Source: a virus
IMG/VR virus record: IMGVR_UViG_3300032313_001035
Reading direction: 5' to 3' (one strand)
Length of the DNA: 64,000 nucleotides
Of the stretch, positions 1-10,712 are shown piece by piece. The translations under genes and the position numbers were made by a program. The notes below the pieces were generated by a model. It saw only the letters and a list, made by a program, of their open reading frames with translations. It was not told the origin of the DNA and searched no databases. How positions within the stretch are numbered: the stretch's first letter is position 1; the number at the start of each line of letters is the position of its first letter.

Positions 1-47
1 CAAGCGGAAGACTTTTTCCGCTGAATTAAAAAATAAAAAACACTAAG

Positions 48-77
48 AAAAGGGGATCGTTCTGATCCCCTTTTTTT
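48..77 (+). terminator. Rho-independent terminator
   Basis: AGGGGATC-gttct-GATCCCC hairpin followed by T7 and preceded by an A-tract. Confidence 0.8.
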
Positions 78-90
78 GTTAAGTAATATC

Positions 91-612
91 ATGCAATCGT
101 TCTCGCAATTTTTCGAATCAAAATTGAAAAAATCGTCTATATCAAATGATGAACCTTATGAAGTTTATGATAAACACACGGGTGATATTATTTGGAGAGG
201 CACGTATGGAAAGAAACATATTGCTACAAGAATTATTGATAAAAAAAATAATGAATATGGCGGTTATAGATATTTTGGTAGACTTGTTAAAAAACCATTA
301 TTGGAATATCGCCACAAAGATGCATTCGGTGGTATAAAGCAGAGTATTCATCCTGATAACAAAAAAGGTTCTAACTTGACCATAGATCCATCATCGAGAA
401 AAATACCGTGGGTTAAAGGACCATATAAAAAAGAACGAAAACATGGTGAAATACTTATAGGTAACGAACTAAATAGAGAATTGGGTTCTTTAAACGGTGT
501 GGAATTTGAAGAAGGTAAAGAAATAAAACGTAAAAATTCTAATCAAATTTTGAAACTGTTTACCAATTCACATGGTCAACAATGCGGCAAAATTGTTGAA
601 ATTAATAAATAA
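91..612 (+). CDS. hypothetical protein, probable internal head protein
   Basis: ATG at 91 after a TAAGTA late-like motif; N-terminus MQSFSQFFE resembles the T4 capsid-targeting/gp21 cleavage signal. Confidence 0.5.
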   Translation: MQSFSQFFESKLKKSSISNDEPYEVYDKHTGDIIWRGTYGKKHIATRIIDKKNNEYGGYRYFGRLVKKPLLEYRHKDAFGGIKQSIHPDNKKGSNLTIDPSSRKIPWVKGPYKKERKHGEILIGNELNRELGSLNGVEFEEGKEIKRKNSNQILKLFTNSHGQQCGKIVEINK

Positions 613-617
613 TATTT

Positions 618-1403
618 ATGGGATGCCCTACGATACCTTTGTCTTGTCTTACTCCTGAAAATATTTTTGCTGGAGTTTATCGTCCTAATTGTGGTGGATT
701 CGCCGATCCATCGAACTTTCAAGCTGAAAGAGCAGTATTTAGCAGTAGTTTCAATGAACTTATAAACAATTATGGGGTAGAGATTGGTTATATGGTCAAT
801 ACATTTGAACCAAGTCAAATGAATGCTATATACGGTGAACATAGCACTATGTATTGGTTAAGTGCTGTTGATATAAAGGCTTACCCAACAATAGAAAATG
901 GATCTCCTATCTATGGTATAGCAGGAATGGATTCTCCTGATACAATAACATTGTATATTTATATAAAAGATTTCATAGATAAATTTAAAAACTACCCATA
1001 TTTTACAAATCATCCAGTTGAACCAAAGTCTCAAGATAAAATTATTCTTTATCCATTTGGATGTGATAGACCTAATGGTAGAAGTGCTAAAATATTTGAA
1101 GTTACTGAAGCACTGGATGAAGATGTTTCAGAATTAAACCCTGCCATGGGTCATTATGTTTGGAGAATCAAAGGTGTTCGCAGTGAGCATAATTACACTA
1201 CCAACGAACCTAGAGAAGCATTCAACCAACAAATTTCTGATAGCTCATACTTTGGTAAGCTATCATCAGTTTTATTCCCTCAACTATCATCTAATATTTC
1301 CGATAACAAAATATACACGGAAAATTCTGATGATGTGGTTCAAAGAGATATTTTCCCACCAAATACTGCTAATAATAGTAGTGTTTATGGGAATTATTTC
1401 TAA
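618..1403 (+). CDS. neck/head completion protein (T4 gp14-like)
   Basis: IYGEH...IKAY...DTITLYI...EPKSQDKII...IFEVT...HYVWRIK pattern; TAAATA at 606; next to terminase. Confidence 0.65.
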   Translation: MGCPTIPLSCLTPENIFAGVYRPNCGGFADPSNFQAERAVFSSSFNELINNYGVEIGYMVNTFEPSQMNAIYGEHSTMYWLSAVDIKAYPTIENGSPIYGIAGMDSPDTITLYIYIKDFIDKFKNYPYFTNHPVEPKSQDKIILYPFGCDRPNGRSAKIFEVTEALDEDVSELNPAMGHYVWRIKGVRSEHNYTTNEPREAFNQQISDSSYFGKLSSVLFPQLSSNISDNKIYTENSDDVVQRDIFPPNTANNSSVYGNYF

Positions 1404-1412
1404 GTATTAATT

Positions 1413-3188
1413 ATGGCTGCAAAGGTTAAAAATAAATCATATATGGGTAATACCAATTTACCCAGCGCCAATTCATCTTTCGAGTATACACCAGAAATGG
1501 TGGTTGAAATAGAAAAATGCAAAACTGACATTATTCATTTCGCATCGAATTATTTTTATATTATTGACCCTGATAGTGATGTTGGTAAAGTTTGTATCAA
1601 TTTATATGATTTCCAAAAAAGAGTATTAGCTGGCATATTCGATCATCGTTTTAATTGTCTTCTTTCACCTAGACAAGCTTCAAAAAGTACATTGATGACA
1701 ATTGCAGCACTCCATGAAGCATGTTTCAAGCCATACAAAAGCATTATTATTGTTGCCAACAAAGAAGCAACAGCTATTGAGATATTCAGAAGGGTTAGAT
1801 TGGCATATGAAGAGTTACCAAACTGGTTAAAACCTGGAGTTGAGGAATATGGTAAGACTGGATGTGTATTTGACAATGGTAGTCGAATCAGTATTTCTAC
1901 TACAACTGGCAGTGCTATTCGGGGAACATCGCTAAACATGTTGATCATTGACGAGTTGGCGTTCTTAGAAGAACACGTTGTTGATGAATTTTGGAAATCG
2001 GTTTATCCCACCATTTCTAGATCCAGAACATCCAAAATTATAGTAGCATCTACCCCAAATGGCACTGGTAATCTATTTCATAAGATATATACAGGAGCGG
2101 AACGTGGTGATAACGGTTTCAACCCACTACGTATTGAATGGAATGAAATTCCGGGTCGTGATGAAGCATGGAAAGCTCAACAAATCAAAGCATTGGGTTC
2201 TTATGAAGCATTTCAACAAGAATTTGGTAACATGTTCTTGGATAATAGCCAACAATCAATTGATGAGGAGTTATTTGAGCGATTAAAACAAGAATGTTGC
2301 GCACCGTTGCATATTTTTAAAGATGGTGATTATAAAGTTTGGGAGGAATACGATTCCAATAAGATATATGCTATTGGTGGGGATGTTTCTGAAGGTGTCG
2401 GATTGGATGCATCGGTTTTAGAGATATTTGATATCACAAATCCTAAAGAAATAATTCAAGTTGCAGAATATTACAACAATAAAATTGGTCCTTCTGAATT
2501 TACTAATGTGGTTGCTGAGATATGTGCTCATTGGGGTAATCCTCTTCTTTTAATTGAAAGAAATAACCAAGGAACAGGCGTTTGTGATCGATTATCCAAT
2601 GAATTTATGTATCAAAATTTGGTTTCTTGGGGTGCTAAAGAAGCACACAAGAATAAACAAAATGGTATGATATCTCATATCAATACAAAATACAAAGCGG
2701 TGTTGAACATGCGATATTTTGTTAATGAAACCAAATCTGTTTACTTTAGATCACTTGATTGTTTGAAGGAATTTAAAAATTTCATACGTTATCCGAATGG
2801 ATCATGGAAAGCAAAAAATGGCGAACATGATGATAGAGTAATGGCATCGGTATGGGCTTTGATGACATTGTATAAAGATATTACAGAAATGTATTTCGAC
2901 ATTAAGGAATTGGATGATTGTGACAAACCTTTGAAGATAGAACCGTTTGATATTAGTTCATATAGAACCAGAATATCTACTTCCATATACAATAATGAAG
3001 AAATTGAAAAAATAGAAAATTCCAATTTAGCACCGTTGTTATTCGGTGGCGTTGGTAGCGAAATGATGAACGATTTGGCAGAGTTGGAAGCTGCTGGATG
3101 GGTAATACCACAAGATTCTATCTATTCTAATAAAGAAAGAGACCTCTCATACGATCAATGGCAATCCATAGACAAATATTTCAATTAA
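1413..3188 (+). CDS. terL: terminase large subunit (T4 gp17-like)
   Basis: YMGNTNL N-terminus, LYDFQ, SPRQASKST Walker A, IIDELAF Walker B, ASTPNG, nuclease motifs GGDVSEG and HDDRVMA. Confidence 0.97.
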   Translation: MAAKVKNKSYMGNTNLPSANSSFEYTPEMVVEIEKCKTDIIHFASNYFYIIDPDSDVGKVCINLYDFQKRVLAGIFDHRFNCLLSPRQASKSTLMTIAALHEACFKPYKSIIIVANKEATAIEIFRRVRLAYEELPNWLKPGVEEYGKTGCVFDNGSRISISTTTGSAIRGTSLNMLIIDELAFLEEHVVDEFWKSVYPTISRSRTSKIIVASTPNGTGNLFHKIYTGAERGDNGFNPLRIEWNEIPGRDEAWKAQQIKALGSYEAFQQEFGNMFLDNSQQSIDEELFERLKQECCAPLHIFKDGDYKVWEEYDSNKIYAIGGDVSEGVGLDASVLEIFDITNPKEIIQVAEYYNNKIGPSEFTNVVAEICAHWGNPLLLIERNNQGTGVCDRLSNEFMYQNLVSWGAKEAHKNKQNGMISHINTKYKAVLNMRYFVNETKSVYFRSLDCLKEFKNFIRYPNGSWKAKNGEHDDRVMASVWALMTLYKDITEMYFDIKELDDCDKPLKIEPFDISSYRTRISTSIYNNEEIEKIENSNLAPLLFGGVGSEMMNDLAELEAAGWVIPQDSIYSNKERDLSYDQWQSIDKYFN

Positions 3189-3197
3189 ATAATTATA

Positions 3198-3806
3198 ATG
3201 CCTGAACAAATTCAACAGTCTTATTTGAATAAAGCGAGAAAAGATAAATTTCTTCTCGTGTTTGATATACCGCCAATTTTAAAACCCATACAATCGAATT
3301 ATACTAGAGGAGATACTACTATTATCCCTGATAGTGTGCAATTCAGCGTGTTTGGAACAATGGTTCCAGGTGTTACCGTTAAAGGGGTTGCCACTAGATA
3401 TGTCGGCGACACGTTATATGTATCATCCCATACTAAAGAACCTTATCCTCCTGTAAATGTTAAATTCGTGGTCGATAGTGGTTATAATAATTATTGGGTG
3501 GTTTATCAATGGTTGAATTTATTACACGATCAAAAGACTGGGCAATACAATACAAAAGGTTTACAGGGTATTAACTGTAGTCACACTGATTACCAAACTG
3601 ATATATCAGTATATGGTCTTGATGAATATGATAATAAAGTCATAGAATTCAAATATACTAAATGTTTCCCCACTAGTTTAGATGAAATAACATTTGATGC
3701 TAAAACCACTGGAGAGATGGAGTTGGAGTCGGGATTTACCTTCTTATTTTCACAAATGCATATAAAATTATTAGGTTGTGATAGATCATATGAAACTTTG
3801 AGTTGA
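3198..3806 (+). CDS. tail completion / tube terminator protein (gp3-like, tail-tube fold)
   Basis: VKFVVDSGYNNYWVVYQWL and FKYTKCFPTSLDEITF motifs; between terminase and sheath. Confidence 0.7.
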   Translation: MPEQIQQSYLNKARKDKFLLVFDIPPILKPIQSNYTRGDTTIIPDSVQFSVFGTMVPGVTVKGVATRYVGDTLYVSSHTKEPYPPVNVKFVVDSGYNNYWVVYQWLNLLHDQKTGQYNTKGLQGINCSHTDYQTDISVYGLDEYDNKVIEFKYTKCFPTSLDEITFDAKTTGEMELESGFTFLFSQMHIKLLGCDRSYETLS

Positions 3807-3839
3807 TAAAAAAAATATCGTTTTGTATTAAATAATTGT

Positions 3840-6167
3840 ATGCAAAGAACAATCAACAGCCCCGGTGTAGAAATTTTCGAGGATCGTAATTTCACTGTGC
3901 CAGTAAATGTCGGCACTAATGTGTTTATAACAGGTTTCACCCCACAAGGACCAACTGATGAAGTGCTTAAAATCACTACTAGAGATGAATTGGAAACCAT
4001 TTACGGAACACCTACCAACAGTGCGGAACGGTATTTCTATCATTCTGTAAGAGAACTTCTGAATTCTCCTGCCAATATCTATACTTTCCGTTTGCCCTAT
4101 GGTACTGAGTTGGGTGAAGGATTTAACCATGTCCACACTGCACTGATTTACCCTGTGGTTGCCGCTGAACCACTTTCTGCTGATATTACTACAAATTTGA
4201 ATTTATCAGCTGGAACTTATTTCTTAGGTAAGCCCATTCAAATTGAACTTACCCCCACCGAATATATCCAAGCATCTGAAGGTTCACTGTTCAATTGGTC
4301 ATCTACTGCATCTCTACTCAGTTCATTCACAACCACTAAAGCAGGGGTATTGTCTGCCATGGGTGGAGCGGGTCTGATCATTTTGGATAAAGCTCAAACA
4401 ACTATTAATAATCAGTTTGAAGGTTACTATATTGGTATTGCTGACAACATTAATAAAAATCCAGCATCGAATTTCGATGCTATTACTCGTGCATATACTA
4501 CAAGTTTGACTGCTGATGTTATTAAAGATGAGTATACCCAAATTCCTAATGGGACTTTGCAATTTAACTTGTCTGCCACAAGCAGTGGTTCTTCTAATAG
4601 TATCTCCCAAATTATGGAAAATCTTACCGATTACAACATTGATGGTCGGGAAGATGACGATGTTCTCAACATTGGAGTGTTCAAACTTCGTAAAAGCGTA
4701 TACGCCACCGAAGCATTTAAATTGGATTTTACCTTGGATACTGGTATCGTTGGCTCGATTGACACGTTCAGAAAACAACTAAACCCATTTGGTGGTCCTG
4801 CTGTTCCTTTCTTCTTGGAAGCCCGTGATTCGATTTCTAGAAATGTTGAAGTGTTGGTCAATCCATACATTTCCAATAAATATGGTAATTCTTCGCAAGA
4901 TTCTAGCGGTATGCCACTGAAAAAGATTCGTGTTGTTACTGATAGCTTGTTGTCTACGACTTACAATACGATTTCTACCGCTTTAGGCACTACGCAAACA
5001 GTGCTTACAGCGCTTTCGACTGCGGTTGGTAAAGCAGATGCATTATTCCCTCTTGGATCTTACAATCCTGTTGTAATCACACAAAAAATTATTGGTAATG
5101 TTCCTCGTAAACTCGACAGAGCTTTAGATTCTGTTAAAAATGATGAAGTGTATGACATTGATGTAGTGGTCGAGGCTGGTATTGGAACTGTTTACAGTAT
5201 AACAGAATCAAGTGGTTTGAGTTATTACGATGACACATTGTATAATACTACTCTTAGAAGTAAAATCGATCAATTCAGAACGTCAGGTGATCTGACTAAT
5301 AACACTGATGCCACAACGATTCGTTCAAATTATAAAGCTATCTTCAGCAGATTCGATGATTTCTGTAACGCTCCATCTAAATCGGGTGGTCGTGGTGACT
5401 GTATCTTCATTGCTGATCCGATTCGTCACTTGTTGGTAACTGGCAGAAATAATAAGATTCTCAGTGACAAGAATAAGACTTTCCAGACTGATGTTTATTG
5501 GGCTATGCGCCACCAATTTGAATTGGAAAACACTTCTTACAGTGCAACCTATGGTAACTGGGTGCAAGCATTTGATGAATTCACTGGCGAATTGGTTTGG
5601 ATTCCGTTTTCGTCATATGAAGGTGCTATTATAGCTAGAAACGATGCTGCCGAATTCCCATGGTCGGCTCCTGCTGGGTTCAATCGTGGATTAGTAACAA
5701 ACGCTCTTGATATTGCTATCAATCCTAACCAGAAACAAAGAGACGAACTTTACAAGGCAAACATCAACCCTGTTATGTTCTCTGCTTCGCAAGGTATCGT
5801 GGTGTTCGGTCAAAAAACCCTTAATCGTAAACCAAGCGCATTCGACAGAATTAACGTTCGTAGATTGTTCTTGGCTCTTGAAAGACCCACCAAGAAAGCT
5901 GCTCAATTCTTTGTGTTTGAACCTAATAATGAATTCACTCGCACTCGTTTGGTCAATACTCTCCAACCAATTTTCGAAAGAGCTAAACAAAATGGTGGTT
6001 GCGTTGATTACCTTATTATTTGTGATGATAGAAACAACACTCCGACTATCATTGATAACAATGAACTGAAAGTTGATATCCTTATCAAACCAACCAGAAC
6101 TGCTGAATTCGTGCTGTGTTCATTCACTGCTACTAGAACTGATGCAGTATTTTCGGAATTAATTTAA
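3840..6167 (+). CDS. contractile tail sheath protein (gp18-like)
   Basis: SPGVEIFE start; PWSAPAGFNRG, QRDELYKANINPV, FGQKTL, FDRINVRRLF, FVFEPNNEFTR. Confidence 0.97.
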   Translation: MQRTINSPGVEIFEDRNFTVPVNVGTNVFITGFTPQGPTDEVLKITTRDELETIYGTPTNSAERYFYHSVRELLNSPANIYTFRLPYGTELGEGFNHVHTALIYPVVAAEPLSADITTNLNLSAGTYFLGKPIQIELTPTEYIQASEGSLFNWSSTASLLSSFTTTKAGVLSAMGGAGLIILDKAQTTINNQFEGYYIGIADNINKNPASNFDAITRAYTTSLTADVIKDEYTQIPNGTLQFNLSATSSGSSNSISQIMENLTDYNIDGREDDDVLNIGVFKLRKSVYATEAFKLDFTLDTGIVGSIDTFRKQLNPFGGPAVPFFLEARDSISRNVEVLVNPYISNKYGNSSQDSSGMPLKKIRVVTDSLLSTTYNTISTALGTTQTVLTALSTAVGKADALFPLGSYNPVVITQKIIGNVPRKLDRALDSVKNDEVYDIDVVVEAGIGTVYSITESSGLSYYDDTLYNTTLRSKIDQFRTSGDLTNNTDATTIRSNYKAIFSRFDDFCNAPSKSGGRGDCIFIADPIRHLLVTGRNNKILSDKNKTFQTDVYWAMRHQFELENTSYSATYGNWVQAFDEFTGELVWIPFSSYEGAIIARNDAAEFPWSAPAGFNRGLVTNALDIAINPNQKQRDELYKANINPVMFSASQGIVVFGQKTLNRKPSAFDRINVRRLFLALERPTKKAAQFFVFEPNNEFTRTRLVNTLQPIFERAKQNGGCVDYLIICDDRNNTPTIIDNNELKVDILIKPTRTAEFVLCSFTATRTDAVFSELI

Positions 6168-6193
6168 TTATAGTCTAATAACTAAATAATAAT

Positions 6194-6787
6194 ATGCCTA
6201 CTACAATTGAAAACTTCATGAATGTTGCGTCTCAGAAACAGTTCTCTAGGGACTTTCTGTTTCGCGTTAAACAAGTCGATATCACTGGTTTAAGACTAGA
6301 CGGTGATAATGAACTGATTTATGCTAGATCTGCATCATTTCCTGGTAGAGATATTGAAAATAAACAAGTTAATTACGCTGGTCAAACTTTTAATTTACCT
6401 GGAAAATCATCTTATCCCGGTTCAGAAAGCTGGCAGATTGAATTTTATGCTGACCAAAATATGGACATTAGAAGTCAATTAGAAAGAGCATCAAGAACTC
6501 TTTTCAATAACGAAGGTCCAGCTGGTGGTAATATATGTATGCCCGGAAATGAATCAACTATTACTTTGGAAGTATATAAAATTCCTTGTAATAGTGTCCT
6601 CGGAAATCCTATGCAATTGGGAACTATCATTCAATTAGTTGGTGCTTCACTGAGAAATATCGGTGAGATCGGCTATGAAATTGCCGATGGCACAGGTGAG
6701 GTTAAAACATTTCCAGCGACATTTGCATTCCATTTCTATCGTTACTTCACATCTAACGAATTTAATGGTGTATTTAATTCGCTTTAA
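6194..6787 (+). CDS. tail tube protein (gp19-like)
   Basis: follows sheath; ASFPGR...VNYAGQTFNLPG...SWQIEF, FPATFAFHF. Confidence 0.85.
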   Translation: MPTTIENFMNVASQKQFSRDFLFRVKQVDITGLRLDGDNELIYARSASFPGRDIENKQVNYAGQTFNLPGKSSYPGSESWQIEFYADQNMDIRSQLERASRTLFNNEGPAGGNICMPGNESTITLEVYKIPCNSVLGNPMQLGTIIQLVGASLRNIGEIGYEIADGTGEVKTFPATFAFHFYRYFTSNEFNGVFNSL

Positions 6788-6802
6788 TAATTAACTTTTA
6801 TT

Positions 6803-7417
6803 ATGTCGAGTCCTCGACCAAATGATTTCCTCGTCGCATTTTCTGGCGAGAATAAATATTGTTTATCTTTACCTATTCTATGGACAGTAACTATAGATGG
6901 TGTTATTGAAAACAGTATTAATGATATATTACAATCTGCGGGTGAAAAATGGCGAGCGGGTATTACTCCAAATGCCATGACTAAAAACGGTAATGTTTTA
7001 CCAGCGCAATCTGTTACCACACCAGATGAATCTTCAAATTTTTCCGTTGGTAGTATAGGAGATGGTTCTTATGGTAACTTCTTACCTGGATATGCTCTGA
7101 ATAGTAGAAATGACTTCTTATCAAGATCCTTTTCTATTAATTTTTTGGAAACTAAAAAAGATTTAGAGCACGAATTTTTCAGACCATGGTTAATCGCATT
7201 GAGCATCAAAGGTTTAATCGAACGTGGTCCATCATTAAAGTGTGATATAACAGTTAAACAATATTCAAATAATGGCGAATTGCGTCGAGGTTATACTTTT
7301 AAAAAATGCTTACCCACAGGTATGGAGGGTTCTATTTTGGATTATAATAATACGGATTTTCCCATAAAAAGTGTTACATTTAATTGCCAAAATTACGAAC
7401 AAATAAAAGGTAATTGA
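6803..7417 (+). CDS. tail tube-like baseplate/tube initiator protein
   Basis: tube-fold motifs SINFLET...FFRPW...YTFKKCLPT...SVTF. Confidence 0.55.
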   Translation: MSSPRPNDFLVAFSGENKYCLSLPILWTVTIDGVIENSINDILQSAGEKWRAGITPNAMTKNGNVLPAQSVTTPDESSNFSVGSIGDGSYGNFLPGYALNSRNDFLSRSFSINFLETKKDLEHEFFRPWLIALSIKGLIERGPSLKCDITVKQYSNNGELRRGYTFKKCLPTGMEGSILDYNNTDFPIKSVTFNCQNYEQIKGN

Positions 7418-7420
7418 TAA

Positions 7421-8125
7421 ATGAAAATAACTTTTGAAGATTTGAAAAAATGTGTCGAAGAAGATGAACATTTTCTGATTGAATATTTTAATAGTTTTGA
7501 GGGTGATAACACCTATCAGAAATTTTCAAATATTATCAAAGCATGGGAAAAATGCGTTTCTTACACAATTAGCTTCAATGTTGATGGCAAAAATGTTAAA
7601 ATTTCTCTATCATATATACTAGAACAATTGAAGAATTATTTCGATGAACAATTGAAATTTGAATTTTCTGGTATTAAAGTTGTTTTGGATACCCCACTTT
7701 TTTTTAAAAAAGATATTAATATTTTATCTATTTCTGAATTTATACACAAATTAGAATACCTGAATCATAAAATACTTTTTGCTGAATTGGATGAAAATGA
7801 AAAAAATGAAATACTGCAAAATTTACCTGCCGAATTTTATAACAAACTTAGTGGTCATATCATAGACTCAAAAATAAAAAGGGTGAGAATAAATCATCCA
7901 TCGATACCTGATATGCATATAGATTTCTGGTCTTCTTACCCGTATGAAATGTTGAAGGATTTATTTCTTTCGTATAACATTGATTATTTTAGAGATATAA
8001 TATATATTTTATCCAAAAAAATAGATGGTAATATATTATTGAATTCGACAATCATGGATATCGATTATTATCTTGATAAAATTAAAAATGATAATATATC
8101 AGATTCTGATATGAATTTAGCTTGA
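7421..8125 (+). CDS. baseplate hub assembly-like protein
   Basis: position; C-terminal DYFRDIIYILSKK...STIMDIDYY resembles gp51-type chaperones. Confidence 0.4.
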   Translation: MKITFEDLKKCVEEDEHFLIEYFNSFEGDNTYQKFSNIIKAWEKCVSYTISFNVDGKNVKISLSYILEQLKNYFDEQLKFEFSGIKVVLDTPLFFKKDINILSISEFIHKLEYLNHKILFAELDENEKNEILQNLPAEFYNKLSGHIIDSKIKRVRINHPSIPDMHIDFWSSYPYEMLKDLFLSYNIDYFRDIIYILSKKIDGNILLNSTIMDIDYYLDKIKNDNISDSDMNLA

Positions 8126-8153
8126 CAATTCATTTTTCATGATAAATACGTTC

Positions 8154-8885
8154 ATGGAAAATGATATTAAAAAGTTCTTAGAATCGATACAAGAATTAAA
8201 ATCCCAATCTTTTAAAGTAGATAAAAAGGGTAGTAGGGAATCTTTTGAATGTAAAAAGATTTCTTTTAAACAGCAAAAGGGTCTTATTTCGACAGTAACA
8301 GAAGGAACTTCAGGTGTTTTGAGATTTCAAAAACTTCTGAATGACATTATCGTAGAAAACACTGGTATTAATGATTGGTTGACCACCGAAAAAGTTCCTT
8401 TGTTGATTCAGATGCGAATTGAAAGTCTTGGAAAAATTTTAAAATTAGATGGTAAAGAAATCGACTTAACGGCTTTAAAATTTGAAAAAAAATCAGACAT
8501 CGAGACTACTAAAACTATTAAAAATGTAGTAGATGTTGAATTGAGAGTGCCTACTCTAGTAGAAGAAAATAAAATATTGAACTATGCAGTGGAAATTTTG
8601 AAAAACAACAAAGATAGTGATATTGGTAAAGATATAACTAATATTTTCACTTTTGAAATTGTTAAGTATATCGATAGTATTACGTTTAATGAACAAACCA
8701 TAAAATTTGATACTCTGCCTGTTAAAGATCGAGTAACAGTGGTTGAAAATCTTCCAATCAGTCTCAATAAAGAAATTGTTAAGTATATCGAAACATTGAA
8801 AGATATTGAACGCGAACAATTAAAACTGAATGTTGATGATGAAACATTAAATATCGACATCGATGTAACATTTTTTGATAATTAA
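8154..8885 (+). CDS. baseplate hub assembly protein (gp26-like)
   Basis: LLIQMRIESLG, VELRVPTL, ending IDVTFF; late promoter TAAATA at 8143 supports start at 8154. Confidence 0.7.
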   Translation: MENDIKKFLESIQELKSQSFKVDKKGSRESFECKKISFKQQKGLISTVTEGTSGVLRFQKLLNDIIVENTGINDWLTTEKVPLLIQMRIESLGKILKLDGKEIDLTALKFEKKSDIETTKTIKNVVDVELRVPTLVEENKILNYAVEILKNNKDSDIGKDITNIFTFEIVKYIDSITFNEQTIKFDTLPVKDRVTVVENLPISLNKEIVKYIETLKDIEREQLKLNVDDETLNIDIDVTFFDN

Positions 8886-8886
8886 T

Positions 8887-9108
8887 ATGAAAAAAAATAC
8901 AATACTTAAAAAACTGGATAATTACGAAGAGCGTATGGTCAAAATTATTGACGAAATACAAGACTTTTTGGATTCGATTGAGGACTCTGATGTATCTATC
9001 ATGGCAGAAGATTTTTGCCAAGGTTTACTTGACTATGTGCAAGAGAATGATATATGTAATCTAAATGACATCAGAGAATTCATCGAAAACGATTATGAGA
9101 CCGAGTAA
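8887..9108 (+). CDS. small acidic hypothetical protein
   Basis: ORF fills the gap between co-oriented genes. Confidence 0.5.
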   Translation: MKKNTILKKLDNYEERMVKIIDEIQDFLDSIEDSDVSIMAEDFCQGLLDYVQENDICNLNDIREFIENDYETE

Positions 9109-9976
9109 TAATATTTTAATTTTGGGTAATGGGTATGTTGGTGGGTATTTATACCAACATCTTTTGAACAACAATTATAAAATCGATATAAAATCGAGAA
9201 AAGAATTGGATTACCATGATTCTGTAACGTTGCGCAAATACATATTGAATAATGATATTAATTGTATTATTAATTGCTCTGGATTCACTGGTAGACCAAA
9301 TGTTGATCAGGCAGAATTAGAGAAACAGGAATGTTGGAAGCTAAATGTTGAGATACCTTTGAAAACTAACCAATTGTGTGATATCTTAGATATCAATTAT
9401 TTGCACATTTCGACGGGCTGTTTATATGATGGCTATGATAAAGACTGGTCTGAAGAAGACACTCCCAATTTTGGTTTATTTCAAAATTATAGCTCGTTTT
9501 ATTCTAAATCCAAACATGCGTTCGAGAACTTATCGAAAAATCTCAGAGGAATGATTTTGAGAATACGAATGCCTTTCGGTTTAGATATCTCGCATCGAAA
9601 CTATCTCACCAAAATTAAATCCTACCCACAACTTTTAAATTTGGTCAATTCTAAGACATATATACCAGATTTATGCAAATTTGTGGAGAAATTACTGGGG
9701 GATGCATATACACCATGGATTGGTAGAGAGATATACAATTTGGTTAATCCACATCCATTAAAGACTGAATCAGTGTGCGCTATTCTGGAAGAATACGGTA
9801 TGCACAATTCGAATTGGAGTTACGTCGATAGATCGGCGTTGAAAGCATACGCAAACCGTTCTAATTGCGTGTTGGATTCTACAAAGTCGAGAGATATACA
9901 CGAGTTTCAACCCGAAGAACTCGCGATTAGAGAACATTGTCAATATATAATTAATTCTTCTAAAAAAAATGATTAA
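9095..9976 (+). CDS. dTDP-4-dehydrorhamnose reductase-like SDR, NRS/ER (3,5-epimerase/4-reductase) type
   Basis: GNGYVG Rossmann motif, GFTGRPNVD, STGCLY, EEDTPNF, SFYSKSK (YxxxK), LRIRMP. Confidence 0.8.
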   Translation: MRPSNNILILGNGYVGGYLYQHLLNNNYKIDIKSRKELDYHDSVTLRKYILNNDINCIINCSGFTGRPNVDQAELEKQECWKLNVEIPLKTNQLCDILDINYLHISTGCLYDGYDKDWSEEDTPNFGLFQNYSSFYSKSKHAFENLSKNLRGMILRIRMPFGLDISHRNYLTKIKSYPQLLNLVNSKTYIPDLCKFVEKLLGDAYTPWIGREIYNLVNPHPLKTESVCAILEEYGMHNSNWSYVDRSALKAYANRSNCVLDSTKSRDIHEFQPEELAIREHCQYIINSSKKND

Positions 9977-10712
9977 GAAAGCAATATGTTTAGCTGGAGG
10001 TAAGGGAACTCGCCTCCATCCGTTGACGAAAACAACTAGTAAGCAATTACTACCTTTATATAATAAACCTGTAATTGCGTTTCCTCTACAAACTCTTAAA
10101 AGTATGGGTTACGATGATATTCTTATCATCACTGCTGACGAGGCACAAATGTTATCATTTAAAGGACTTTTAGGTGATGGTAGTAAGTTTGGATTAAAAT
10201 TATCTTATGTGATTCAAGGTGAGCCGAGAGGTTTAGCTGATGCTTTTATTGTTGGTGAAGACCACATCAAAAATGCTGATGAAATTTGTATGATTTTGGG
10301 CGATAATATTATTATCGATAGCAATCCAATAAATGCTACTCCAAATACTATCTTCACATACAAAGTTAAAAATCCAGAGGCATACGGCGTTGTCACAATT
10401 GACGACAATGGGGGTATAGATGAAATTATAGAGAAGCCCCAAGAATATGTGTCTGATGACGCTGTTATCGGTTTGTATATTTTTAAAAATAATGTGGTGG
10501 ATCTCGCTAAACAATTGAAACCATCCAAAAGGGGAGAAATAGAAATCGTAGATTTGATTAAATTGATCAATCAAGAAGAACGAGTTAAAATACAGAGATT
10601 AGATGGTTTCTGGTTCGATGTTGGCGATTTCGATTCTCTTTTAGATTGTGCAAATCTCGTAAGGACTATTGACAAACGATCAAACCATGATATTGGTTTG
10701 GTAGGCATATGA
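9969..10712 (+). CDS. rmlA: glucose-1-phosphate thymidylyltransferase
   Basis: LAGGKGTRLHPLT...SKQLLPLYNKP, QGEPRGLADAF, LGDN, EKP, PSKRGEIEI, WFDVG. Confidence 0.92.
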   Translation: MIKKAICLAGGKGTRLHPLTKTTSKQLLPLYNKPVIAFPLQTLKSMGYDDILIITADEAQMLSFKGLLGDGSKFGLKLSYVIQGEPRGLADAFIVGEDHIKNADEICMILGDNIIIDSNPINATPNTIFTYKVKNPEAYGVVTIDDNGGIDEIIEKPQEYVSDDAVIGLYIFKNNVVDLAKQLKPSKRGEIEIVDLIKLINQEERVKIQRLDGFWFDVGDFDSLLDCANLVRTIDKRSNHDIGLVGI